Of a stretch of 64,000 bases of DNA, positions 14,001 to 29,000 are shown in pieces. Made by a program: the position numbers and the translations under genes. This DNA comes from Veleropilina oligotropha (taxonomy: Eukaryota). Numbering within the stretch: position 1 is the first letter of the stretch; every line of letters starts with the position of its first letter. The stretch covers positions 124,001-188,000 of the forward strand of contig JBEUKZ010000068.1 in assembly GCA_048128005.1 (NCBI GenBank), given 5' to 3'. Under the pieces are notes generated by a model. That model had not been told where the DNA came from. It saw only the letters and a list, made by a program, of their open reading frames with translations, and made no database searches.

Positions 14001-17000
14001 AAGGATTCGAATCTTAAGGGATCATATTTATTATTGGATCGCACTATTTGCGATTTATAACGAGAATTATTCGCATAATTACACTGAAAGTGTGCTAACA
14101 TGGCCATCAAATGTATGATTCAGATTTCAATGCAGAACTCTAACCCAAACCGTAGTATGTGCATTACAAACCGTTAAGTTAAAAAAAACTCGCCTTCTGT
14201 GATTCTTTTCGAATCCGTAGGTCAAGGGTAAGATTCCATCGAGTGGGAAACATTATCTATTTGAAACAGAATTTGTCTTTGTTATGCTTGGATATTATAA
14301 ATATATCAGTCTGCTTCATCATCGTCGAGCACGTCCATGAAGCTCCACGGAGTTAGCCGAGCACCTCAACGAAGCTCCACGGAGCTAGACGAGCACCCCC
14401 ACGAAGCTCCACGGAGTTAGCCGAATCGCAAAAATTAATACCGAAGCTATATAATATTATTAGGATTTCATGCCTGCAACTAGGCAGCAACAACATTATA
14501 TTATGTTAGCATCCAATAATATTACATGAATTACCATTTTCTAGTTTTCTGGTATATTTTAAGAATCGAAGATGAATGATGATGACCGAGTAAAGCTAAA
14601 TTGGGAATAAATCTTTCGTAAAAATGTCACATAACTACCATCGTTGTTTTAGGCACACTATTCCATAACCACCACTGCTACATTCCTTGGCTTCGGTAGT
14701 GATAGTGTAGTGAAGATAGCCACAGACGCGAATGGCCGAATGATTCCAAGAAAACTGGAAGAAAAAATAAAGGAAGCCGAAGAGCAGGTTCGATAAATCA
14801 TATTATCTATTTGTTTTATTATAGTTATAAATCATGTTGTTATGAGTAAATTATTACCCTTGCACGCGGATTGTTGGGAAAGGGTATTCCAATTGGTTTG
14901 GTTTGTATGTGTGTATGTATACATGTATGTTCACGGTTGTTTCTATATCTACTTTTAAAATTTATTTCAAACTTGAACGCAATGCTGAGTATGTCATTAA
15001 CCTGGAAATGCCAATAATTGTTTACAATTCGGATCAGGATCCGGATTTTATGATGTAATTTCCGGTTTTCGGTTTTACGCTCTAGTGGAAAATAGTAGTC
15101 GTAGAAATTCCTGGCTTTCACCATCATATTCTTATCTTGCCTTGATTGATGTGCTTACTAAATGTATCACGGTGTTATTGGCTTGCCTTGATTGATGTGC
15201 TTACTAAATGTATCACGGTGTTATTGGCTTGCCTTGATTGATGTGCTTACTAAATGTATCACGGTGTTATTGGCTTGCCTTGATTGATGTGCTTACTAAA
15301 TGTATCATGGTGTTATTGGCTTGCCTTGATTGATGTGCTTACTAAATGTATCATGGTGTTATTGGCTTGCCTTGATTGATGTGCTTACTAAATGTATCAT
15401 GGTGTTATTGGCTTGCCTTGATTGATGTGCTTACTAAATGTATCATGGTGTTATTGGCTTGCCTTGATTGATGTGCTTACTAAATGTATCACGGTGTTAT
15501 TGGCTTGCCTTGATTGATGTGCTTACTAAATGTATCACGGTGTTATTGGCTTGCCTTGATTGATGTGCTTACTAAATGTATCATGGTGTTATTGGCTTGC
15601 CTTGATTGATGTGCTTACTAAACGTATCACGGTGTTATTGGCTTGCCTTGATTGATGTGCTTACTAAATGTATCATGGTGTTATTGGCTTGCCTTGATTG
15701 ATGTGCATACTAAATGTATCATGGTGTTATTGGCTTGCCTTGATTGATGTGCTTACTAAATGTATCATGGTGTTAGGGGTTTGCAATATTGGCTTGCCTT
15801 GATTGATGTGCTTACTAAATGTATCATGGTGTTAGGGGTTTGCAATATTGGCTTGCCTTGATTGATGTGCTTACTAAATGTATCACGGTGTTATTGGCTT
15901 GCCTTGATTGATGTGCTTACTAAATGTATCACGGTGTTATTGGCTTGCCTTGATTGATGTGCTTACTAAATGTATCATGGTGTTATTGGCTTGCCTTGAT
16001 TGATGTGCTTACTAAATGTATCATGGTGTTAGGGGTTTGCAATATTGGCTTGCCTTGATTGATGTGCTTACTAAATGTATCATGGTGTTAGGGGTTTGCA
16101 ATATTGGCTTGCCTTGATTGATGTGCTTACTAAATGTATCACGGTGTTATTGGCTTGCCTTGATTGATGTGCTTACTAAATGTATCACGGTGTTATTGGC
16201 TTGCCTTGATTGATGTGCTTACTAAATGTATCATGGTGTTATTGGCTTGCCTTGATTGATGTGCTTACTAAATGTATCATGGTGTTATTGGCTTGCCTTG
16301 ATTGATGTGCTTACTAAATGTATCACGGTGTTATTGGCTTGCCTTGATTGATGTGCTTACTAAATGTATCACGGTGTTATTGGCTTGCCTTGATTGATGT
16401 GCTTACTAAATGTATCACGGTGTTATTGGCTTGCCTTGATTGATGTGCTTACTAAATGTATCACGGTGTTATTGGCTTGCCTTGATTGATGTGCTTACTA
16501 AATGTATCACGGTGTTATTGGCTTGCCTTGATTGATGTGCTTACTAAATGTATCATGGTGTTATTGGCTTGCCTTGATTGATGTGCTTACTAAATGTATC
16601 ATGGTGTTAGGGGTTTGCAATATTGGCTTGCCTTGATTGATGTGCTTACTAAATGTATCATGGTGTTAGGGGTTTGCAATATTGGCTTGCCTTGATTGAT
16701 GTGCTTACTAAATGTATCATGGTGTTAGGGGTTTGCATCATATCCTTATCACGGTGTTCGGGGTTTGCAATATTGGCTTGCCTTGATTGATGTGCTCACT
16801 AAATGTATCATGGTGTTAGGGGTTTGCATCATATCCTTATCATGGTGTTCGGGGTTTGCAATATTGGCTTGCCTTGATTGATGTGCTTACTAAATGTATC
16901 ACGGTGTTCGGGGTTTGCAATATTGGCTTGCCTTGATTGATGTGCTCACTAAATGTATCACGTGTTCGGGGTTTGCAATATTGGCTTGCCTTGATTGATG

Positions 17001-20000
17001 TGCTCACTAAATGTATCACGGTGTTCGGGGTTTGCAATATTGACTTGCCTTGATTGATGTGCTCACTAAATGTTAAGAATTATAATACATTTCTGTCAAG
17101 GAGAAAATATTCATATTCACTATTTCGGGCAGTATTGGTATATTTTTAAAATATAGGTTAAATTATTTCCTTTAGGATAATATTCCACTTTTCGTGATGG
17201 CAACCAGTGGCACGACTGTTATGGGTGCGTTTGATCCGATAAATGAACTAGCAGACATTTGCGAGAAGCATGGAATTTGGCTCCATGTTGACGTAAGTAA
17301 AAATAAAAGGACTTCGTTATATACTAGTGTTGCGCATTTAGAAATAGACAGATTTCCATATTGGTATATTATATAATATTGAGATATAACTTATTTTGTA
17401 ATATAACTACGTAAAAAATAATGTAATAAAAAATTAATAATTTAATATCTATTGAATAAAGTAGGAAGTTTGGAGCATTGATAGTGATGCCGTGTTTGCC
17501 AATGAATATAATTAAAACAGTCATATCTCAAATAAGGAAACATTTTGAAGTGAATAATAATTCACTAAGTACATACTTATTTTGTATCCGTTAATCATGT
17601 TACAGCGTATTGTGAACGCTATGGAATGTATGCTATATATTATTTATGTTTTTTCAGGCATGTTGGGGTGGAGCTACCCTACTCTCAAAAAGGCGCCGGC
17701 ATCTAATGAGTGCACATGTAGGTGAATTCATCACGGATTAGATTAAAAATGTAATTTTTGTAATACTCACCGTGACATGACTAAATAAGGGCCATCCGCC
17801 ATGGCCAAATATCGAATACTTTTCAAGTTGGAGTAAGTCTATCCAACATATTAACTGACAGACAAAGAAGAATTCATACACGGAATGAAATGCGTCCATA
17901 TTGTCAATTTGTAGGTTAGACCATGATACAGAGTGTATTGGTATATGCAGGATAGACACAGTTTTTCACCGTTGATTAAGTGTGAAATATGACCATTCAA
18001 TGGTCAGAATTCGCACTTAATCAGAGGTGGAAAACTGTTTCTATCCTGCATATTCACGGGTTACCTGGTCTAATCGATTTTTGCGATAAAGTAATTTAGT
18101 TCTTCCTCATGTAAGAGGACTAAGACGATGTGGAATGTTTCTGAATTTAATGATTTTTATTGGGGAATATTCCATTTAGATGATTTTACTTCTCAGAAAA
18201 CTGTAGTAAAGTCCCCCATTTTTGCATGATTTTACTTCTCAGAAGACTGTAAAGTCCCCCAATTTACCATGCATAGTTGCAATGTATGTTACGGTGTACT
18301 GCTTTTCATGTCATGCTCTGATAATTTTTATTTAACTGAGTATATACAATATAATTCAAGTTCCCGAATTGCATCATTCTTTAGAATGCAATAATGGAAA
18401 ATTATTGCCTGAAAAATTATTTATATGTTCTGCAAGTAAACATATTTTCCTAATATTACATGAATTATGTTACCCTACTTTTAATTAACTCTTGCGCCAT
18501 AAATCGGCCGTACAATGATAAACGTATGAACTACCGAGTGGGTGATATAGTAGTCGGCTTTTAAGCTAATGGTCTAAACACAACAAAATGGATTAAAATC
18601 AACATTTAAATAACCTTAGGGCCAATATATCCACATATTTAAATAATGATGTAATAGCACAATATATATACCAGAAATGACCCAATATTGCCTATAAACC
18701 AATTTATATGCATATAAGTAGTATAATTTAGGCTGCTGTGATCATTGTAAAATATTTATTTAGGGCGCAAACATTCAATTGGTCAAATTTTATGTATGAA
18801 ACCTTAACTAAACCACTAATTACTCTCCTACTTCAAATCAACTCTGTATATGGTCCAGTGAAACGGTCATTGTTCTCATCTCTGTATGCTTGGTTACACA
18901 CCAATCAAGCATTCAATATGCGGCGGCTAAGTAAGGGGACCCCAACAAGACAGCCGCGTCGATTTCCTGTTGAAAATTATCATTTTTCATTATCCACGTG
19001 TGAACAGAAGTGCATTGTTTTCAAATAAAACGTTAAAAGTGAATATCCAGGATATACACAGTTTTATTATAAAATAATCGGAATGAAGTATCGTCTAAAT
19101 TACGATGGTAATAACGGGATGCCTCATTAGGTTCCTATAATGAAATCGATCACTCTCGTACACTTGAATGAATCTTGCTTTTGGCGTTGGCTAGTTGATT
19201 GTACTCAATCAACATCTGCACCGAGAGAGCATTGTTGTACGATTGGGTAATGATCATAAACATCTGCACCGAGATAGCATTGTTGTACGATTGGGTAATG
19301 ATCATAAACATCTGCACCGAGATAGTATTGTTGTACGATTGGGTAATGATCATAAACATCTGCACCGAGATAGCATTGTTGTACGATTGGGTAATGATCA
19401 TAAACATCTGCACCGAGATAGCATTGTTGTACGATTGGGTAATGATCATAAACATCTGCACCGAGATAGCATTGTTGTGCGATTGGGTAATGATCATAAA
19501 CATCTGCACCGAGAGAGCATTGTTGTACGATTGGGTACTGATCATAAACCTCTGCACCGAGATAGCATTGTTGTACGATTGGGTACTGATCATAAACCTC
19601 TGCACCGAGATAGCATTGTTGTACGATTGGGTACTGATCATAAACCTCTGCACCGAGATAGCATTGTTGTACGATTGGGTAATGATCATAAACATCTGCA
19701 CCGAGATAGCATTGTTGTACGATTGGGTAATGATCATAAACATCTGCACCGAGATAGCATTGTTGTACGATTGGGTACTGATCATAAACCTCTGCACCGA
19801 GATAGCATTGTTGTACGATTGGGTACTGATCATAAACCTCTGCACCGAGATAGCATTGTTGTACGATTGGGTACTGATCATAAACCTCTGCACCGAGATA
19901 GCATTGTTGTACGATTGGGTAATGATCATAAACATCTGCACCGAGATAGCATTGTTGTACGATTGGGTAATGATCATAAACATCTGCACCGAGAGAGCAT

Positions 20001-23000
20001 TGTTGTGCGATTGGGTAATGATCATAAACAAACTGCTCTGAACAATAAATGGAGTAATTCAAATGTTTTAAAACTGCCTGTACCTCGATTTCAACCTGAT
20101 ACAACTTCTTCGTACTGTCAGTTCAAAATAAAATAAAATATTTGACTTCCGGGGATTTTTGAATATATAGTTAATTCCCAGTGTTGCACAAATGCGAACA
20201 TACTGAATAGTATTGATTTTAAGTACTTGAATTAGAACACGGAGCAAAACAATAAATTCAAGCAATTTATGGAGTTTCAAGGATTGTAGTTAAATTTAGT
20301 GATTTCCAAGAACCGTGCCAACCGTGAGTTGCTCTTAAAAAATTCTGTTCCGTTTGTCTGTTTCTTAATTAGCTTGTTCTGTGACGTTTAATCATTGATA
20401 TCGTGTTGCTTGTCAAATGTCACTATCTGAGCGTTTCGTGCCACAATTCACTGTTCGTTCATGCGTCTAATATTGTATGTAGTGTATGTAGACATATTCG
20501 CATCAATTTAATTTCAGACGGTACTGTGCACTATGAGAAATTTTCAAAATGGCCACGATAAAAAATGATGAAATTACCAGAAAAGCACCATCTTTTTTCG
20601 TTATTCGAATTATATAATGTTAGGTATTAAAGTTTTATAATAAAGAAAAATGTTTAGAAGGGTTTAACGACATGTTCAATTCAATTTATTTGGGTGTGCT
20701 ATGCATTATTGGTCATTTTCAAAATGGCCGCCATAATCGAAAAACAAAGAATATTAGAAAAGCACCAAATTTTGTTGTTATTCGAAATATAATGTTGTAT
20801 ATTAGGGATTTGTAATAAAGATAAATGCCATTAGTAGCATTTCTATGTGTTTGTCAAGTGTCAATTATCTTGATTTTCAAGATGGAAGTCAATTTGAAAC
20901 GAAAGTTTCATAGTTTTCCTTGAAAATCGCTTAATCTTACTAATATGCTTGCAAGTTTAGTTAGCACATCAATCCGTATGTACTTGGTACAATGTTATAC
21001 TTTGTATAATATCTATTTTAGTGTGAACATTTGTGATTAATTATGGTAACATTATAAAAAATACATCTTGTGTTGATTATAGCAATCGTGACATGAAGAT
21101 CAATATTTTAAGTTCATCATCACTGCATGTTGTCTCCACTGTAGACATCTGGAGGTCTGAATTCTAAAGTCCATTATCAAATTCTTCAGAACTTCACATT
21201 TTTCTATCTCTTTTAATTCCATTTTTCACAATCTAGAGAGTTTATCAATGGTCATCCGTGGGATATGTCATTGTGGGATATCATCAAACCCCTGTATCAC
21301 CATCTGTGTTCTGATCACCACTCTGCTGCTGCATTCAATGTTTTTGTCGACATGTATTTGACCAGCTGCGAAATTGCATATATTAGTGATGAGCATGTGA
21401 CGTAGTTTATCGGTGCTCTTGAATCGCTATTCACCACTTCATTGATCACAGACTTATTCTTCCCAAGGCTTTGAATTGGAATAAAAGTAGTACGTGCTGG
21501 TATCGATACCAAAGTTGATATCCGAGTTATTGACCATTATGTCGAATACATAGATAAAACGGTCAATACAATAATCCATAGGCTGCGTCCCCCTATGATC
21601 TTCCGATTGTGCTTATCTGTTATTCGTCATTTTTTTATGACGGCCATTTTGAAAATAGCCCATAATGCATGCACATTCTATAATTAAATTAACGCGAATA
21701 TGTCTATATATACACTGTTAAACATTTATATTTATTATAAATATCTAATACGTTACATTAAATATGGAATAAAAACAAAATTTGATGCTTTTCTTGTATT
21801 CTTCACTTTTCGATCTTGGCGGCCATTTTTAAAATGAACAATAATTCATAGCACATCCCCAATAAATTGAATTGAACATGTCAATAAACCCTCCTTAACA
21901 TTTTTCTTTATTATAAATCTATAATAATCAACATTATAATTCAAATAACGACAAAATATGGTGCTCTTCTGATAATTTCGTCATTTTTTTGTAATGTTCT
22001 TTGTTCTCGATCATGGCTGCCATTTTCAAAATGACCCATAATGCATCGTACATCACAAATAAGTTGATTTTGAACATGTATATAAACCCTTCTAAACATT
22101 TTTCTTTATTATAAATCTCTAATAATCAACATTATAATTCAAAAACGACAAATTATGGTGCTTTTCTGGAATTTTTGTCATTTTTTAGGGCGACCATTTT
22201 GCAAATGGCCCATAATGCACAGCACAGTCTATAATTAAATTCGCATTTAAGCATTTGTATTTGTTATAAATACACTACATTACTTATGGAATAAAAAAGC
22301 ATTTGATGCTTTTCTTGTATTCTTCACTTGTCGATCTTGGCGGCCATTTTGAAAATGGCCCATAAATTAATGCTTATCGCAGCCTATAAATAAATTGATG
22401 TGAACATGTCTATAAATAATTCTTAACATTTATTATTACTATAAATCCCTAATACACAACATTATATTTCGAAAAACAACAAAATATGGTGCTTTTCTTC
22501 AATTCTACCATTTTTCGATGGCGGGCACTTTGAAAATTGCCCATAATGCCTAGCGTAACCCCCAAAAATTGATATAAACAGGTTTATAAACACTTCTAAA
22601 CATGTATCTTTATTATTAATCCCTAATACGCAACATTTTATATGGAATAACAGCAAACATAATGTGCTTTTCTTGTAATTGTCATTTTTCGATGGTGGCC
22701 ATTTTGAAAATGGCCCATAATGCATAGCGCGGCCCAATATAATTGATGGCAAAATGTCTATTTTCATTCGTATGAGTCCCATGAACAAAATGATACCACT
22801 CTCGGAGGATCATGGAGGAGGTTCAGGACTTGGGTACCTAGCCCATGGACTAATATAGTCATATAGCATTATGGCCGAAAAACTGCCCATCGGATCCAAA
22901 AGGGTTAAGCATCCCGCTAATGCTGGTAATATTATTTCTGTAGTATGCATTACAGAACATAATATCGATAATTTCACACTTTCACGGAATGTCATATGCC

Positions 23001-26000
23001 ACACAAATATCTTTAAAACGAAGTTATTTTATTGTTGGTTAAGTTGAAACAAATCATTATCTAATTATAATAATAAATTTAATCTTGATTTACGCGTGAA
23101 TCCACCGTTATGATTGGTTGGGGTTGACGAATATCCTAATATTACTCGTCACCATGGAATCGGAGAGAAATACGTTCTCTAGCAAACCCCAGGCATCAGG
23201 CATGAATACTTTACATTTTCTGAGCCAATAAAGTAACAATTCATGAAATCAATTGAATATAGATTTATTGATCGTATAAATTTTATATATTTTTATTTAT
23301 TGTATATTTATATATATTTTTTTAACGTATGGTATTGTATACATCATTAAACCGGATATTTTTCTTTAATTCCATTTAAAATTGTTAAATCGATAATTAA
23401 ATGGTGTGGTGAAAACCTAAAATTCAGAAATCTGCCAATGACAAACATGTAACGATACACACTTTGATCATGTGTACAAATAAACAATGTTTTGAATATA
23501 CAGTCATTAGTTAATTGGTTAAACCTCTAGCTGTTCTCCAGAAACATTGATGGCCCAATAAGTATCGCTTTTATAAATCGTCTTGCATTTTCACCAGATT
23601 TCTCCTCAATAGAACTTTTGGCAGACGTTGATGAAGTTGTAGCATATTTTGTTTGAATAATAGAATGCTGTACGCAAGCTGCAAATTCTGCCCTGATCTT
23701 TTCGATACCATATATTGTATTAGTGTAATGAATGTGAAAAATATATAAAGTTATATATACTATTATTGACTTTGTTTGGTTACATGTTTGGCAGTTTTAT
23801 TTCTTTTCACACAAAAATATCTTTAGGCTTGTTAGTCCTAATAGGTTAAAATTTGTATAATAGTGAATTTCTTTATTCCGAAAATTTGAACTAACTGGTG
23901 TGACAAAGATGAACATGACGAAGAAATATATCGTTATGTAGTCGATCAACCAAGTCTTATGAAACTGACATACTCAAGATGCCAATAATTTCGCTTATGA
24001 TTTAGCCAATTATATGGACACTATTCAAATTTTTATCTATATTGTTTATATTTGTACGGAAAGGGCCGATTCTATTTCCTGGAATGCGCACAAGATGATC
24101 GGGGCGCCGCAACAATGTTCCTTGTTCGTTCTTCGTCACAAGGTATACATAAAATCGGAAACACTCGTGCCTTGTCGTGTAGGATTTAAAAAACCCAGAT
24201 GAATTCCAGTCACCGGATAACGAGATATAAAGACAAACTGCTTTGTACGATATAGTGGCTTTCTGGTCGGGAACGGCTCAGTCAAACTCAAGTGAAGTTC
24301 GTATTAAGCTTAGGTGTCAAGTGACATGCAGGCGCGTTATGGCCTGGGTACCATAATTGACATTTGCACTCTTCGTATCAGTGTGATCGTCTCCAGAACC
24401 ATCTTTAAGTTTATATGATGAAACAGGTTTGTTAACAGAATGTTATGACGTTCCTGGAATCTGCTTCATGTTAAAGGATTCACGTCCCGTGACTAACATG
24501 AAACCCGACAGACAACAGATCCGTTATTACATGGGTGAAATAGCCTATTTCAGAGTCGAATCCGTCAGACACCTACAAGTCCACGGTCCGTAGTGTAGTT
24601 GAATGCAATAATCCATATCTTCTTCTAGTATAATACACAATTTATATCCACAGTGGCGTTGATTACATATTCATACATAAGCGTAGCTAAGCAGGAGTTA
24701 ACAGAAATTCAGACTACTAAACTACATAATTACATACTCCCAAAATCCCCAAAAAGCAGGACGTGCTTCCCCGATGAGATGTTAGTTTGAGACTCATCCT
24801 TCTCGACCGTTCTCTACTTTTAATCGGAACCTCTCGTTCAGGCAACGCTCTACTCGCTAACAATGACATAGCTCAAGTTAGACTCGCCCGTTAATTTCCA
24901 TCTATGCTCCGGATAAATCGGTCCAAATACGCATCATTTGCTTACGTCACAGATTCCACGATTCGTATTTAACCTAGATAACCTTACTGTCTGGGAATAC
25001 TGACTATCAGACAAACGCACCGCAGCATGGTGCTGTTTAGACACTCATATGTTTACACAACGTTAACACTTCTCAAGTAACATCAACAATATTCGACTCG
25101 GAAGTCGTTACTATGTTCATGGCAACCGTAGTTTACGACAGTTGCTTCTAGACTATTCAAGACTCAAATTTCGAAATTATAATAATAAAGCACTTTTCCG
25201 GTCCGGCCTCTTAGACGTCATTTTGTAACAGTAGACAAGTAATACCGTCGCCACATATGCATTTAAACAATAAACATAATTTATATAATTATGCAATACT
25301 AATACACAACCGACGGATCTATGCACGACTCGCTCTGGCCCTGGTCAGTTAACGGTCACATTTGTCCTTAACTGACTCGGTAATCTATGATATGAAACAG
25401 TATAGTATGAAAATAGCTAAAAACTGAACATTAATCAAGGATTTAACTCAAACCAAACCAAATTTATATAGGGCTCCCATTTATTAAATTGCAGGGTTTA
25501 TTACATCAGTGCAACTCGATCAACGTGGCGTACTTATACCAGCCGGACAAGTGGTATGATAGTTCGCACGACAGAGGTAAAAGTTTAAAAGTATTATTTG
25601 GAGCGCATGCGCAACACATTATGAAACCCAAAGAAGCAGTTACCACTGATTTTCCTATGGTTATAGTATCAGAAACTGATTATGCATCAATGTCATTTTC
25701 AATTCTAGAATTATGCCAAAGCATATCGTGTAGAGAGAAATGCCTGTTTTAATTATAATATATAGTCTTATTCTTACCTTTGTGCTGATCTACTAAAGGG
25801 GGTCAAGGGATTAGCACTTCATTTCATCATTCAAACATGATTGACTCGATTAATAACTGAAATGCTGTTGGCGTGGTCGTTAAACATCAAATCATCATCA
25901 GCTTCACTTCTTTGTGAAATTAGCCGCTTCGACAGCTGTGTAGTATCGGTTGTGGACTCCGAAATCACTGACTTGATTCCGCTGACGCAAACAGTAGTGG

Positions 26001-29000
26001 GTTCAAACCTCGCCAGGGGCAGCACACATTTGTTCAAGTTATGAATCACAGTTGTCCGTAACTGGTCGGAGAGGGCGGGTTTACCCAGGCGACCGGGCTC
26101 TCCCCCCGCGATAATATGGACATGCCCTGGTTTGAACCAAATGATGGTTTGAAATATACAGGATATTAAGCATCGATCCTTTCCTTCCCTTTCTTTGTGA
26201 AATTGGTGTTTCTCTTTACAAATGTCTGTTCGTTCAATATAAATTAACCAATGTCGGCTTAGTATACTGGAATACATTATAGTTATTATGCTTACCCGAA
26301 TACCACGAATAACTAAATACCAAATTTACAATTGAACCATGCTTCATTGAAAGTGTAATATTCCTCGTCCGTGATCGGAGGGTATTGTAATTTGGTCTGT
26401 CTGTATAGAGGCATGTTTGTCTGTCTGCCACATGTGGTTGCATGTGGTCCGATTTATTTCAAATTTTAACACCAGGCGATCTAAAATATAAAATAAAATG
26501 TAAAACAATATCCCTCTCTCCCTGATTTTATGACAACCTTTTGGGGATGGCTGTTTCGCTGTTCTATCAAAATTCCAGTCACCAGTCGTATAAACTTCGA
26601 GATTTTCCAATCGTATTCTTTTTCAACGCGCGAGGGTTAGCTATGGTTTCTTAAAGGGATTTAATTTTACTTATCGTTTCAGGTAACATGACGGTTCAGT
26701 GCAGTAAGAAGGCCGATTGTTTCAAACTCTGGTTAATGTGGAAGGCACTTGGAGATAAAGGAATAGAGAAGATCGTGGAAAAGGCGTTTTCCAATGCTAA
26801 GTAATAACAGTTCATTGGAAGTAATTATTGGACAGCGAACTATTATTAATCACTAATATAATTATGATGTATTGCAAGCCATTGAAGTAGTTTGTTGAGT
26901 ACTTTTCATAATTGGATATTTAGGATTCGTTTTTGTAGTCAAATGTTAATAATTACATTTATTTTATTCGGCTCAGAAATATATCTCGCAAAGACTGCGT
27001 TTGAAAGTTACTAATTTAACGGTCTTATATAGCGCATTATTGCAAATGTCTCATTGCGCTGAATAACAACACTCGGGTCTTATATAGCGCATTATTACAC
27101 CAATGGCTCAATGCGCTGAATAACAAACATCCGGTCTTATATAGCGCATTATTACGATAATGTCTCAATGCACTGAATAACAACACTCCGGTCTATATAG
27201 CGCATTATTGCGCTAATGTCTCAATGCGCTGAATAACAAATCGCAGGTCTTGTATAGCGCATTATTACGATAATGTATCAATGCACTGAATAACAACACT
27301 CTGGCCTTATATAGCGCATTATTGCGCTAATGTCTCAATGCGCCGAAAAACAAACTCTGGTCTAATATAGAGCATTATTACGCAAATGTCTCAATGCGCT
27401 GAATAACAAAACTCCCGTCTTATATAGCACATTATTACGATAATGTCTCAATGCGCTGAATAACAAATATCAGGTTTTATATAGCACACTATTAAGATAA
27501 TGTATCAATGCACTGAATAACAACACTATGGTATTATATAGCGCAATGTTGCGCTAATGTCTCAATGCGCGGAAAACAAACTCTGGTCTAATATAGCGCA
27601 TTATTACGCTAATGTCTCAATGCGCTGAATAACAAAACTCAGGTCTTATATGGCGCATTATTACGATAATGTCTCAATGCGCCGAATAACAAAACTCAGG
27701 TCTTATATAGCACATTATTACGATAATGCCTCAATGCACTGAATAACAACACTCAGGTCTTCTATAGCGCATTATTACGCAAATGTCTCAATGCGCTGAA
27801 TAACTACACTCCAGTCTAATATAGCGCATTAATACGCAAATATTTCAATGCCCTAGCAGCAGGGGGGGTGACCATACCTTTTATCTGGGGGTGCGGCGAG
27901 GGAAATTAAGGCTCCCAGCACTTTTCAGAATTAATATGGATCTCAACTCAGCAGCAGGGGTGATCATACCTTTTATAATGGGAAAATAAGGCTCCCAGCA
28001 CCTGTTCCGAGGGGGGGTGACCATACCTTTTATCTGGGGGCGCGGCGAGGGAAATTAAGGCTCCCAGCACTTTTCAGAATTAATATGGATCTCAACTCAG
28101 CAGCAGGGGGGGTGATTGGACTCTAATAGAATGGGAAAATACAGCTCCCAGCACCTGTTTAGAACTCAGGGTGCTCGGACTAGTCAGCAGGGGAGTTTAG
28201 ACTAGGCCCCGGGGCCCACTGTGGAGGCTCCCAGCTATATTTTGGGACTGAGGGTAGGGCTTGTATTACAAAAAGTCACCGTGTGTACAAACTAGGGTAG
28301 CCTAGAATAGTAAATTAAATTAAACACTTACCTGTGGACATTTCGGCCGAAACTCATATCACTAATCCCCTCCAGCCTTCTACAGCCTTCTAGAAGCTTT
28401 CCACGTACACATTTCCATATATAACTTGTTGACGAGCTCTGTTCGTTCTAGAGCTTTCCACGTACACATACTTGTTGACGATTTCTGAACTTTCTAGAAA
28501 CTCATTGCCACGTGACCATGACTCCACTAGATTACGGTCTACCATGTAAACACGGGGACCGATATATTATTTCTGTGCCAAACAAAATGTTGGGGACCAG
28601 ACCAAGAAATCTGGGCCAATCTCTCTTGACTTGATCCAGTAACTTTGTATATCTGGGTCGACTCGGGACAGCGAGGTATTTCATTCATACGCGCAGAAGC
28701 AGCCAGACAGCATTTCTATAGTACTATAGAAATGGCGTGTCATGCTTTTAACGACTGTTGCCATTCATAAATCGGGCAAGATAGCTGACTGGGATATTAA
28801 TATTATTATTTAATACATTGATGTCTCTCCTAGTGAAGCTCTAAGCGCAGTACAAACTATAACTAATATTACAGTACAATGTACACAAGAATATACAGGA
28901 GAGACATCAATGATACATACTTAAGCAATAATAATAATAAACAGAATATTTTTTCGAGTTTTTTTCAATTTTATCTTTTTTTTACAAGCGCAATCAGACA

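Noticed and set aside
19150..20136. 280-313-aa ORFs in four frames; CRISPR-like regularity
   Set aside because: 48-bp tandem repeat without unique spacers, no cas genes, intronic, eukaryotic context
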